A stretch of 63,488 bases of DNA, filler included, from Reclinomonas americana ATCC 50394 (Eukaryota): assembly GCA_048213135.1 (NCBI GenBank). It is 13 parts of 13 records of this genome, joined end to end, with 100 filler letters (N's around TTAATTAATTAA, not from the genome) between each part and the next. Parts side by side here need not be neighbours in the genome. Positions count along the whole stretch, not along the records: positions 1 to 6,822 come from AFZH01018967.1; positions 6,923 to 17,843 come from AFZH01018969.1; 11 more parts are not named here. The stretch is one strand, 5' to 3'. Under the pieces are notes generated by a model. The model was not told the origin of the DNA. It saw only the letters and a program-made list of their open reading frames with translations, and ran no database searches. A program made the translations under genes and the position numbers. Every line of letters starts with the position of its first letter. The stretch's first letter is position 1. Positions 1-12,295 of the stretch are shown in pieces.

Positions 1-55
<55 letters not shown>

Positions 56-99
56 CTCTTTCTGTCTGTCACAAACACACGTTACTCTGTTTCTAAATC

Positions 100-880
100 A
101 CCGCATCCACTCCTCCACTCCTCCACTCTCCACCTTCTCCTCAAGTCCCCGTCCCCTTAGCTATCCTTTCCCTCTCTCTCCCTTCTCCACCACCGCCTTC
201 TCCCCCTACCCTTGTCCTCTACCACCACCCCTTTCTCCTCCACCGCCTTCTCCTCCACCCCTTCTCCTCTCATCCCCCTTCTCCTCCACCCCTTCTCCTC
301 CCACCCCTTCTCCTCCCACTCCCCTTCTCCTCCCAACCCCATATCCTTTCACCCCCTTCTCCTCCACTCAGCCTTTCCTTTTCACCCCCTTCTCCTCCTA
401 CCCCAATCCCTTTCACCCCCTTCTCCTCCACCCCATGCTCCTCCACCCCCTACTCCTCCACTCTCCCTTCTCCTCCACTCCCTTCTCCTCCCACCCATTT
501 TCCTTTCACCCCTTCTCCTCCATCCCCTTCTCCTCCCACTCCCTTCTCCTCCCACCCCCTTCTCCTCCCACCCTTCTCCTCCCACCCTTCTCCTCCACCA
601 CCCCTTCTCCTCCACTCCCTTCTCCTCCCACCCCCTTCTCCTCCCACCCCCTTGTCCTCCACCCCCTTGTCCTCCCACTCCCTTCTCCTCGCACCGCCTT
701 CTCCTCCCACCCCCTTCTCCTCCATCCCCTTCTCCTACACTCCCTTCTCCTCCCACCCCCTTCCCTTTCACCCCCTTCTCCTCCCATCCCCTTCTCCTCC
801 CACCTCCATCCCCTTCTCCTCCCACTCCCCTTTTCCTTTCACCCCCACCCCCTTTCCCTTTTAACCCCCTTCCCCTTATT
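100..880. repeat. C/T-rich low-complexity tract (CCCCTTCTCCTC-like units), preceded by (TCTT)n at 1-60
   Basis: Base composition; explains the spurious P/S/L-rich ORFs. Confidence 0.9.
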
Positions 881-3800
881 CTCCCCTCTCAAACCTTTCC
901 GCCTCTCTCCACTCCATCTCCAACGCCTCCTCCTCCCTCCTCCTCCTCTCCTCCTCCGTCTCCCTCCTCGCCGTACACGACACCGGAATCGACCACGACG
1001 GCATTGACCAGAGCGGCATTTGCACCGTGAACGCCACATTCACCATCATGGGTGATTGTGGTGATTGTGGTGATTGTGGCGGTGGCGGCGGCGGTGGCGG
1101 CGGCGGCGGCGGTGACACCAAAGCAGTCGCGTTGGCGGCTGCAAACACTTGCTGTGGAGGTTTTGCCGGTGGTGGCGTAACCGTCGCGTGGCGCGCCACG
1201 GGTGGCGGCGGCGATACGAGTGGCGAGGCGGGCGTGGGTTTCGGTTGCTGCTGTCTCATCGGCACTGCTCCGCCTGCTGCTGCCGGCGACGGTTTTTGAC
1301 TCTTCTGCTGGAATTCCAGCAAACGCTGGTACTGCTCCTCCATCTCCTGCGTCGAAAGCGACGGTGGCTGCTGCTGTGCTGGCACAGGATGCTGTCTCAT
1401 CGGCACTGCTCCAGCTGCCGGTTGCTGCGATTGAGCTGCTGCTGCTGCTGCCGTCGACGGCCTTGGATACTGCTGCTGGAATTCCGGCAGGCGCTGGTAC
1501 TGCTGCTCCATCGCCGCCTGCGGTTTCGCGAGCTGCGCCTGCGTCGAAGGCGACGGTTGCTGTTGCTGCTTCTGCTGCTGTTGTGCGGGCACAGGGTGCT
1601 GTCTTACCGGCACTGCCAGTCGCTGCGATGGGGCTGCCGCTGCTGCTGCCGCCGTCGACGGCCTTTGATACTGCTGCTGGAAATCCAACAGACGCTGGTA
1701 CTGCTCCTCCATGTCCTGCGTCGAAGGCGACGGCGGCTGCTGCTGCTGCGCAGGTCCTCGCTTGCCGACCAACGGATGCTTTCCCACCGGCACTGCTCCA
1801 CTCGCCTTTCGCTGCACTTGCGGCGCTGCTGCTGCTGCTGCTGCTGTCGACGACGACGACGACGACTGCCGCTGCTGTTGCTGCTGCTGCTGCTGCAGAT
1901 GCGACTGCTTGAGCCACTGATTCTGAAAGTCCACCATGCGCTTGTACTGCTCCTCCATCTGCTGCCGCTTCTCGCGCTGCGCCTGCGTCTCGCCCACCGC
2001 GTTGCCCCACAGATCGCGGTGCACAAGAGGAGGAGGAGGAGGAGGAGGCGGTGGCAGAGTGGATGCTGACGACGATGAAGGCGGGGCCAGTGGCGACCTC
2101 GCCACCGGTACGAGCGGGGTGGTGCTCGTCGCCGACGTGCTCCCGTCCATCATCAGTGGCGGCAACGGCGGCGGCGGCGGCGGCAACGGCATCTGCTGCC
2201 ACTGCTCCATCAGGCGCGGACGCGCTCGCGACAAGGCCGCCGCCTGCTGCTCCTGCTCACTGATCGTCTGCACCAGCTTGCCGGGCACGCGTGTCCCGTC
2301 GCTCTCGTTGATCTGGTCCCACTCGGGAATGTGCCGAATGTGCTTGTTGTCGATGAACGAGTCCACCACCTCGCGCTGCACCGAGGCCTTCGATGCCAGC
2401 TTCTCCAGCAGCAACAGCTCGTTGCTGGCGTTCTGGCCAAACACGGCGCGCACTGTGGCCGACGAGCGCACGCCGAAGCGATCGATGCGGCCGACCAGCT
2501 GCTCTTGCACCATGAAAAAGTAGCTGGGGATAAAGTAGAGGTGGCGCGGGAAGCGGCCGTCCGTGTCGTGCAAATCAATGCCCTCCTTGCCGCACGGAAT
2601 GCTGAGGAGGAGCAGGCGGTGTTCGTTGGTGGGCGCGTTGAATTTCGACACCAGCCGGTGGCGGTACACGATGAACTCGGAGGCCGGCACCGAGTCGGGC
2701 CGCATGCCGCTCAGCATCAGCGGGTTGTAGCGATCCAGCGCCTGCCGCAGCGCCGGACTGTGCAAGTGGAAGTAGTTGAGGCCGAGAATGACCTTGTCGT
2801 TGGGCGTGCCCTCCAGCACGCGCAGCGCCTCGCGCACCAGCGTGCTGAGCTTGGCCGCCTCGATCATGGTCTGCGCCTTGGCCAGCTCCAGCAGCAGCTC
2901 TTGCCGGCGCCCACCAGCGTGCTTGACCAGCTCCTCCACGATGCGCGCCAGCAAATCGAGGCCGGCCTGCAGCAGCTTGGCGTCGTCGGGCTGCGAAATG
3001 TTGTAAAACTCGCACGCCATGTCGTGCGAGATGGCGGGGTCGCGCGGGCGAATCATGCCCGACGACACGCGCGGCTTGATCACCGTGTTGAAGAGACTGA
3101 AGACAACCGACGAGGCCGACTGACGACTGTAGCCGACGGTGCTGTTGTAGCGGCGCATGACCGAGTCGGTCAGGTCGGCGTTGATGCGTCGGCAGTAGGC
3201 CACAATCTGACTGAGGCCGCGAGGCTCGCTCCGCATCGTCTGCCGATCGTAGCGCACCATTTGCTTGTACGTCAGCACTCGAATCACGCGGAAAAACGTC
3301 GTCACGTGCTCCATCTTGTCGAACGGCGTGCCCGACATGAAAATGATGCGGCTGGCCGGATTGCTGCGGATAATGTCGACCAGAGCGGCCACACACACGC
3401 CGCGCACCGTGTTCTTGTTCTTCAGCGCCTGGAACTCGTCAAAGGCCACCAGCACGGGGCGGCTGAAGAACTTGCGCGCCTCGGCCGTCGGCGAAAAGAT
3501 AAAATCGCTCGGCCCCGCGCGCTTCTTGCCGCCCTTGGTCTTCTTCTTCTTCTTGCGCGCCGGCTGACTCAACGCCGCGAGCACACCGCCACGCGCCTCC
3601 TTCTCTTCGTCGTCGTCATCATCATCATCTCCTCCATCATCCTCCTCTTCTTCCTCATCCTCCGCCTCCTCGGCCACCTCCACGCCCATCACGTCGACCT
3701 CGCGCACACGGCGGTACACGCGCTCGCCCTTTTTGCGCACCCGCCGATGCAAGAGGCCGGCGCACGTCACGCCCTCCTTGCTGGCCATTTGCATCTTTTC

Positions 3801-5508
3801 GTAATTCATCCACGCAATCAGTGGCGCGTCGAACACGTCGCGCATCTTCAGCCAGCCGCCGAGCACCGACTGCGAGCAGACGACGACCAGGTCGAGACCG
3901 AGGCGGCGCGCCACGTCGGCCACCACCGCCGTCTTGCCGCTGCCGAGCTCCGCCACGCTGACGTAGTAGTCGTCGGGGTCGCGCTGACGCAGCACCTGGT
4001 ACATGTGGTCGGCGTGGCGGCGCTGGTATTCGGCAAGTTGCAGGCGCTGCTTGGCGGCGCGTTTCGTCACCGAGTCGAACTCGTCGAGGGAGAGGCGGGC
4101 GGGGATGAAGCGGCGTGGGGGGCGGAGGAAGCCGGAGCGCGAGGAGGAGGAGGTGGTGGAGGTGGAGGAAGAGGGGGCGGAGGCGGAGCGGGAGAGCTGG
4201 GGGGAGGGAAGGGGGTGGTGAGGGGAAGGGGGAGAAAAGAGGGAAAGGGGGGAAGGGGGAGGAAAGGGGGAGGAAAGGGGGAAAGGGGAAGGGGGGAAGG
4301 GGGAAGGGGGAGGGAAACAGAGAGAATGCGAGCGGCAGAGCGAGAAAGAATGCGAGCGGCAGAGCGAGAGAGAATGGGAGCGGAAGAGCGAGAGAGAATG
4401 CGAGCGGAAGAGCGAGAGAGAATGCGAGCGGAAGAGCGAGAGAGAATGCGAGCGGAAGAGCGAGAGAGAATGCGAGCGGCAGAGCGAGAGAGAATGCGAG
4501 CGGCAGAGCGAGAGAGAATGCGAGCGGCAGAGCGAGAGAGAATGCGAGCGGCAGAGCGAGAGAGAATGCGAGCGGCAGAGCGAGAGAGAATGCGAGCGGC
4601 AGAGCGAGAGAGAATTCGAGCGGCACAGCGAGAGACTGCAAGAGGGAGAGCGAGAGAGAATGCGAGGGGGAGAGCGAGAGAGAATGCGAGCGGGAGAGCG
4701 AGAGAGAATGCGAGCGGGAGCGACAGAAAGGGAGCGGGAATGACAGAATGGGAGCCATAGAGCGAGAGAATGGGAGCCACAGAGTGAGAGCAAAGTTCAT
4801 ATTCTCTCACCTTAGAGCCGACGATTTCTAACAAGTCGTCGTCGTCGTCGTTGTCGACATCCACCAACTGTGCCGCACATGTCAGCGCAAATCATTAAGC
4901 ATCGACAGCATCTGGGATTGAAAAACCTGCGACATTGCCTTCTGGCCCTCGCGTTTCACCTGCAAGAAATGTGAGAAAAATGAAGAGGCAACCCGCCTCT
5001 CCGTGCCACCAACCTCGCGAACAGCCACAACGTCCTCGACCACGTCTTCTTCCATTTCCCAGCGCTCTCGCTTGACCTGGAAACTAAGTGTTCAGTGGAT
5101 GACAGGCACAGTGGCGAGTTGCGAATCACTCACTTTCACAGCACCACCGGCTGCAGCGCTGGTATTTTCTCGCTTGATCTGTAAGATGGGAAGGCGGTCA
5201 GATAACTGGTCAGCACTACCCGACCAATCAGTGACACACCTCGCTGCGTGGCGCAGCTCCTCCGCACATCACGTCATCTTCCATTTCCCATCTCTCTCGC
5301 TTGACCTGCACAACGCAGGATTCAGTGGGCGCTAGTAGACGGTCGTGAGACGCAGATCTCCTCACCGATGAAGCACCACCAGCTGCGGCACTTGAATCCT
5401 CTCGCTTGACCTGCCGGACATAGTAGATCAGCACGCCGCCTATCAGCAGCCCACCGCAAGCACACACACCTTCGGAACATCGGCGGCGCTCTTGTTCGCC
5501 GGCTTGTC
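876..5508 (-). CDS. SF2 (SNF2/DEAD-like) helicase with micro-exon N-terminus and Q/P-rich repetitive C-terminus; 5' end probably extends further upstream (candidate exons at 6393-6358 and 6295-6233)
   Basis: The main exon 4196-876 has Walker A ELGSGKT, Walker B VAFDEFQ, motif III MSGTP, motif V GKEGIDLHD and motif VI QLVGRIDRFG. Phase-0 upstream exons 5508-5470, 5410-5366, 5305-5240, 5178-5134, 5076-5014, 4959-4927 and 4867-4811 are separated by 54-61 nt GT-AG introns. Intron 4810-4197 holds a 24-nt repeat, so the N-terminus shown in the ORF track is intronic. Confidence 0.8.
4321..4790. repeat. 24-nt intronic minisatellite (GAGAGAATGCGAGCGGCAGAGCGA)n
   Basis: Direct tandem copies visible; lies in helicase intron 4810-4197. 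Confidence 0.95.
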
Positions 5509-5644
5509 CTGTGTAGGAAACGGGGGAGAGGGAGGAATGAGGAGAGGATGACGACGAGGCTCACGCTCAATAACTTCCGCTACTGAGAGAACTTCTTCTC
5601 TGAGCTGTGTCTAAGTGACAACACACTATTCTCTGGAACTGCTT

Positions 5645-5698
<54 letters not shown>

Positions 5699-6822
5699 GA
5701 TAAGAAGAACCAAGAAGAAGGAGAAGAATGAGAGCAAAAGGCCCAGTGAGTTGACGGCAGACACATGGACGTGAGACGGCAGCAACAACAAGCAAACGAG
5801 CGCACTTCCGAATCGTATCAAATTGACACCATTCTCGTCTCTGAAAGTGGTGAGAATGCCAGACTTGGAGTGTGGTCGCTCTCAGAACACAAACAAGACA
5901 ACAGACTCGTCGACGAACTGTCTCAGAAAGCAAGCAACCAGCGGACTTGCGGAGTACATCTCTCTCGTTACGAGAACAGATAGAGAATGCCAACTCGAGT
6001 GATCGCTCTCAGACAACACACAGACAACAGATTCTTCAACAAAGAGTCTCAGAGAACAAACTATTCGATCTGAACGTAACACAAGGCAACAGATTCTTCA
6101 CCAAAGGGTCCCAGAAAAAAACATAGAGAACAGGACAACACGCAAGACAAGAGTCACTTCAGCAAAGGGTCGGAGAACCAGGTAAACTTGTGCGCTCTTC
6201 ATCTGATAGAGCCCATGCAGCCGCACACTCACCCACGAAGACCGCAGCAAGCCGAGCAGGTCGTCATCGGCGTACCCGTCGTCCTCCAGAGACACCTGTT
6301 CGGCGATGGTGAGTGGTGGTGTTCGTCTGACGACAAGAGCACCATGGCGAAACGCACCGCGCCACGTGGTACTTGTTGGCCCTCTTCCTTGACCTGTGCA
6401 GGGAGGCGCAGAGTGAGGAACATGCGAGGGAGATGACGATTACTGGAGAAGAAGACACGATCAGCAGCAAAGAATTGTGCGCCTCAGAGAAACAGAGAGC
6501 AAAGAGGCACACAGACGCTTGGCCACTCTTTCACAAAGTGGCGGAGAAAGAGCGGAGACTGCAGGCAGTCGTGCCGAGGAAGAGAGGTGACGAAGGAACA
6601 AGCATGCAGAGGGAGGGAAGCGCAACCAGATGGGGGATGTCAGCGGCAGTACGAGAGACAGGACTCGGTACCTCGCAGACCGAAGCCAGGCACAAAGCGA
6701 AGACGCGTGTGGTCGAAGGAAGCATAGAGAGGGAAGCAACAGGCAATGGACGAACAGAGGTGAGGAAGGGAGAGGAGGAGGAGGAGAAGGAGGGAGGAGA
6801 AGGAGGGAGGAGGAGGGAGGGG

Positions 6823-6922
6823 NNNNNNNNNNNNNNNNNNNNNNNNNNNNNNNNNNNNNNNNNNNNTTAATTAATTAANNNNNNNNNNNNNNNNNNNNNN
6901 NNNNNNNNNNNNNNNNNNNNNN
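6823..6922. other. Artificial scaffold linker N44-TTAATTAATTAA-N44; also at 17844, 19225, 25424, 32360, 35143, 38409, 44939, 46292, 54600, 59965 and 62389
   Basis: Identical 100-nt blocks with stop codons in all six frames. Confidence 0.99.
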
Positions 6923-7431
6923 GAACATGTCGAGAACTGCGATCTTCACCGCATAAGCGTGGTTGACCAGTGGATTTGACGCCCTTGCATAGACGCATAG
7001 CGTTTTCTGCGATCGTACACGGCACATCGAATTCGGGGAAAGGCCATAAGCCAGGCAAACAAAGCAAAGCCGGGTCCGGATCCGTGAAGCAAGCAAAGCA
7101 AAAGCAGTGGTGGTGTGGAGTGGTTGAAACAGAAGAGAGCTTGTCATGTTGTTGGTGAGGCTCATATCGGTGATGGCTTGAGCAGGTGGGCGCAGTTGTT
7201 GTTGTTGTTGTTGTTGTCATTGTTGTCGCATCAGTGATTTCAAACACTGTGACAGCCACTGACCGGTGGCCGCACAGTGAGAAAACAAGAGGACTGAGGG
7301 TTGAAGACGACGTTGACCACAAACACAATGTTGTTGTTGTTGTCGTCATTATGTACAGTGATATGAAGACCTAAAGAATTTGTTGATTTTCTTCAATTAA
7401 AATTATCGCTTCTATCTCTATCTCTAGATCT

Positions 7432-10400
7432 CTAAAACAACGCGCCACCAAAGTCGGGAGCAAACGACCCGAAAACCCGCTCCAGCAAGTTACCCTCCTC
7501 TTCCCTCCGATAAACGCACACGGACTCCCCCGAAGCATGCACGGTGAGATTGGCCGTCACAGCCGTGTTGCAATACGAACCGCCGAGATCACTCCAAGTG
7601 CCGAGTCGAATTTGCTTTCGCTTTTCCAGCGACCACACCCGCACCGTCTGGTCCTTGCTGCCGCTCACAATGTGATGTTCATGACCCTCCGTAGCGACGG
7701 TAACAGACCACACCGCGTCAGTGTGCCCATGTAGAACATGAACTTCCCTCCCACTGGCCAGTGACCACACTCGCACGGTCTTGTCATCGCTGCCACTGAT
7801 AACGTATTGACCATTAGCAGTGATAGCGATTGTGCGTACCGGGCCCGTGTGACCTTCTAGCCGGTGCACCGTTTTCCCATTTGCCAGCGACCACACTCGT
7901 AGTGCGTTGTCCTCGCTGCCGCTCACTACGTACTGACCATCCGGAGTGACGGCAATGCAGTTCACCCAGCCGTCGTGCCCCTCGAGCAAACAGACTTGTT
8001 GTTTGTCTGCTGTCTGCGACCACACTCGCACCTGCCAGTCATACCCGCCACTCACAATGTATTGATCGTCTGGGGTGGCAGCGACACAGCGAACACCGCG
8101 AGAGCGCCCCTCGAACCGTCGCACTTCCTCACCGCTAGCCAGTGACCACATTCGCATCGTCCCGTCTTCGCTGCCACTGACCGCGTGCCGACCGTCGGAA
8201 GTGGCGCGAACAAGATACGTGTTGGCTGTGTGGCCCTCACAACGACGCAGTTCCTCTCCACTCGCCAGTGACCACAGACTCACCGCGCCGTCATCGCCCC
8301 CACCAATAACGTGCCGCCCATCGGGGCTGACATCTAGCGACTGCACCCAGTGAGAGCGCCCCTCCAGTCGTCGTACATCTTCTCCGCCCGCAATCGTCCA
8401 CACACGCACTGTCTTGTCGGCGCCTCCACTCACAACGTGCAGACCGTCGGCAGTGACGGCAACAGATGTCACCGCATCAGTGTGCCCCTCCCAACGACGC
8501 ACTTCTTCTCCACTCGCAAGTGACCACAATCGCACCGTCTTGTCGGTGCTGCCAGTCACAACGTACTCTCCATCGGGCGTGAGCGCAACAGAGCATACCG
8601 CACCCCTGTGGACCTCCAACTGTCGCACGTTGCCACTCATCAGCGACCACACGCGCACGGTTTGGTCACTGCAGGTCACAATGTGCTGACCATCCGGAGT
8701 GAGTGCAACAGTTTGCTGCCTCCCAACGTTAACTGAACCCACCTCCTCGCTACTTTCCATCGACCATGCCCGTACAGAGTTGCCATCACTCAGACTCACA
8801 ATGCGCAGACCATCGGGAGTAACGGCGACAGAGTTCACGCCATGGGTGTGTCCCTCCAAGCATCGCACTTCCTCGCCACTCTCCAGTGACCACACTCGTA
8901 CAGTTTTGTCCCCACCGCCACTCACAACGTGCTGGCCATCGGGTGTCACAGTCACTGCACACACCTCTCCCGTGTGGCCTTTCAGTCGGCGAACTTCCTT
9001 GCCACTTGCCACCGACCACACCCGCACAGTCTTGTCATCACTGCCACTCACAATGTGCTTCCCATCGTGAGAGACGGCGATAGTATTCACCAACGCAGTG
9101 TGTCCTTCCAGTCGGCGCACTTCCTCGCCACTTGCCACCGACCAAACACGAACAGTCTTGTCGAAGCTCGCGGTCACAACGTGTTGACCATCAGGAGTGA
9201 CAGCGATAGACCGAGTGTGTCCCCGTATCGGTTTCCTCGGCCATTTCACACCTCTCACATCCGCCTCCCTGAAATCCGCCTCTCTCGCATACGCCAAACA
9301 CACGTTCACCCCTCGTAAATCAGCCCCTCTCCACACCGTCCTGTGCATCACCGCATCCCTCAAATCCGCACCCCTCACTCGCACACCCGACAGATCGCGC
9401 CCACTGAACGACACTTGTGCCACACACAACACCGTTGCCGCATTCGCTGCCGCCGTCACCAGTCGCTCCTCATCCTCCATCCGTGACAGCGCAATCACCT
9501 CCCACAGTCTCGCTTGCAATCGAGGAGATCGTCGCACCACCTCGGCCATCTGCTCGACCAGTGACGGTCGATCATTCAGTAGTCGCATCGCCAGCACATG
9601 CTGCTGAACATCTTGCATCGTCAATCTCCTCTCCTCATCCCACGCCTCCCACGCAAACACATGCCGTGCCACACAGTGCTCCAGCAGCGACAGATGCACG
9701 AATCCCCACTGTTCTGTCCCATACCGTCGCACAATCGGACAACACACTCGCACACGCTGGTTCTTGTGACCGAGGAACTTGTCGAATGGTCCCTCTTCCA
9801 CTCGACGACGGTCGACAGGGGCACCACAAAACTCTTCAAGATCAACGTCATCCATCTCCACCTCCTCGCCATCACATGGCCGACTCTCCGTCACAGACGC
9901 ACGTACCACATTCCTCTCATGCATCAACCGTGCCAGACCCTCACAGAACGAGAGGCAAGTCGCCTTACTTGGCGCACGATCAGCGCCAAGACGTGCCTGT
10001 TTCAGGCGTTCTCTCTCAGTCCACTGCCGAATGAACCGATCGAACACATCGCGCCGAGTCGGTCGCTGCACACCACTTGCCACCAACTGTGGCAACACAC
10101 GAGCCACCACTGAAAGCAGGAATGGATTTGACACTAGTGCATCCAGTCCACGAACTCTCTTCAGTTCATCAATGTACTCTGCGGCAGTTGACCACCGCAC
10201 TTCACCGTCACCATCATCACCACCCACTTGCACAAGCCGCTCAAAGTACTTCTCAATCTGCTCCTGGTTAAATGGTGCGATGTGTCGCTCCAACAGCTGC
10301 TGCATGCACAACTGTCCGCGTGCATCCGGCGGTGCAAAGTACCGTCGGTACTGCGTCACACCACCCAGTGCCGTCAGTGCGTAATCGCCTCGGCAGGTGA

Positions 10401-12055
10401 TAATCACCTTCACATCGCGACACACATCCAGCTGGTTCTTCACAAACAGATTCACACCACGATACAACTCATCGTACCCGTCCAGCAACAAGAGCAGCGG
10501 TTCCTCCTTCAGCCGTCGCACATCTGAATCCAATCCCAGTTCGCGAGCAAGTCGCTCCAGTACCTCCTCTAACAATCGCTCACTGGCATTGCGCAGTGCG
10601 CCGAGTGGCACACGCAAAGGCACTCGTCTGCTCTCTTCAGCCTGCCACTGTTGCCATGCTCGCTCGGCCAGCACAGACATGGTGGTGGTCTTACCAGCGC
10701 CACTGTTGCCAAACAGCACCAGCACACGATGAGTAGTATTGGCGTCGGCGAGGAAAACATCCACTTCCTCCAACAAATCCGCCATCTTGTCGCTCGACGA
10801 TATGTCACGATCATGTGAGCACATCAGTGGCACATACATCCGCAAGTCCTTGCGCACATTGTCGTCCTTGTTGTAATAGGCCATTTCACGCATTGCCATT
10901 TGATGCAGTCGTTCCTCGAAGGTGCTAATGTTGAGGTGGCGCGCCTCACGGATACGAGCGGAGAATTGAGCACGCTCATCAGCCGTTAACCGCAATTGGG
11001 AAACGATGAAGAGGAAGACACCGCCGTCACCAAGGTACTGCTGCACTGTGGCCTCGGTCCATGACGACGGACCGTGCACCAACTCATTTCTCACCTCGCG
11101 CGTCTGCTCCACGGCCTTGCGTTCGTCAACATCGTCAAGCAGAAGCACTTTGAGACCACCATTATCAATAAAACCGCCGTACAGCATGATGGAGGTGAGT
11201 GCCGTAGTGTCGAAACCGTCACACGGGGGGTCGGAAGATGAGTCTGTTTCGAATGCAGCACGCCAGGCCAATGCCACAGCCCACTTCTCCTTGAACAGGC
11301 TGACCTTCCTCTCCTCTGGTCCGTGTCGCTCGCGCCAACCCTTCACCGCCTTCGAATCCATGTCGGCAGGCGTGAAACTCGGCACCCATGCCCGCACATC
11401 AAAGTCGGCATGATCGCGACTGAACTGTGCCAGAGCGCGTTGACAGCGCAGACGCACGGCCTCCTCCACTGCGATCAAGCCCACACTGATGCGCTGCGTG
11501 TTGCAATTGATAATCATTCTACATGACACAAGTGAGTTCGAACAGACAATGGACAACAACAGTGCGGAGTGAAACCCGGCTGACAACACACCGCTCTGAC
11601 GATGATGATGGACTGGACACGACGAATACACAATAGTGAGCTCACACAGTCGGGGACAAGCGTCTCGCACACAATTCACCTTGCAGATCCACTCACGCCA
11701 GCAGCTGCTGCAGCAACAGCAGCAGCAGGAGGTGGCGATACGGTCACCCGGACGACTAGATGTGTATCTGAGTTGATGCCGAGTCCACGCAGCGACACCG
11801 CACTGACGAGCTCAATGCCATACGGCACAGGTCTTTCCACTCCAACAATCTCCATCTCCCCATCTCCACTCTTCTCACGCAGCAGGCGTGTGGCCTCGCG
11901 CAGCAAGTCCGCGAGAGTTGACGCGGCCGACATGCCCTCCACCACCACCGACAGCGACGAATCATGCGCCGCAGTCACGTGGACAGAGAACTGGCGACAG
12001 GAGAGTGAGCGATTGAGGTGCAGACAGGGAGCAGGCACACTCCACACACCAACAT
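7432..12055 (-). CDS. NLR-like STAND protein A: UBL - HEPN - NACHT - pentapeptide repeats - about 13 WD40 repeats (1474 aa spliced)
   Basis: Exons 12055-12050, 11990-11680, 11612-11592 and 11518-7432 splice in frame (4425 nt). Motifs: ubiquitin-like exon ending LGINSDTHLVVRV; HEPN-like FDTTAL...RNELVH; Walker A GNSGAGKTT; Walker B LLLLDGYDE; pentapeptide run FSGRDLSGVRVRGADLRDA; GH...VRVWS WD40 units. An in-frame ATG at 12094 is an alternative start. Confidence 0.88.
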
Positions 12056-12295
12056 TCCGATGCTTCGTTGTTGTCTGACTGAAAGTCCTGTCATGACAAG
12101 TTGGTAGCGTCAGACGAACGATAACAGCGATGAGACCCGCCATCCCGACTGCAGCGACCTCCTGTGTGTGTAAAATCTGCATACTCACAGAAGACAACAA
12201 TTCTTCGCGCTCAGCAACATAATGTTGCACAGAACAACAACAATAAACACAAACCAATATTTCCTGAATGCCCTTGTCCTCTCTTGCACCACCAT

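Noticed and set aside
157..1039. Multiple long P/S/L-rich or G/R/E-rich ORFs
   Set aside because: Products of a stop-poor C/T low-complexity tract
2331..4760. 809-aa plus-strand ORF
   Set aside because: Antisense shadow of the GC-rich helicase exon plus the intronic minisatellite; no motifs
5520..6232. Additional helicase exons linking the upstream VKEE pair to the main array
   Set aside because: Candidate splice sites exist, but I could not build a consistent in-frame path; left unresolved
6867..6878. Recurrent TTAATTAATTAA palindrome within N runs
   Set aside because: Artificial six-frame-stop linker added during assembly; not biological
6923..7349. Possible short minus-strand gene running into the gap
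   Set aside because: No recognisable motif and no defensible exon model
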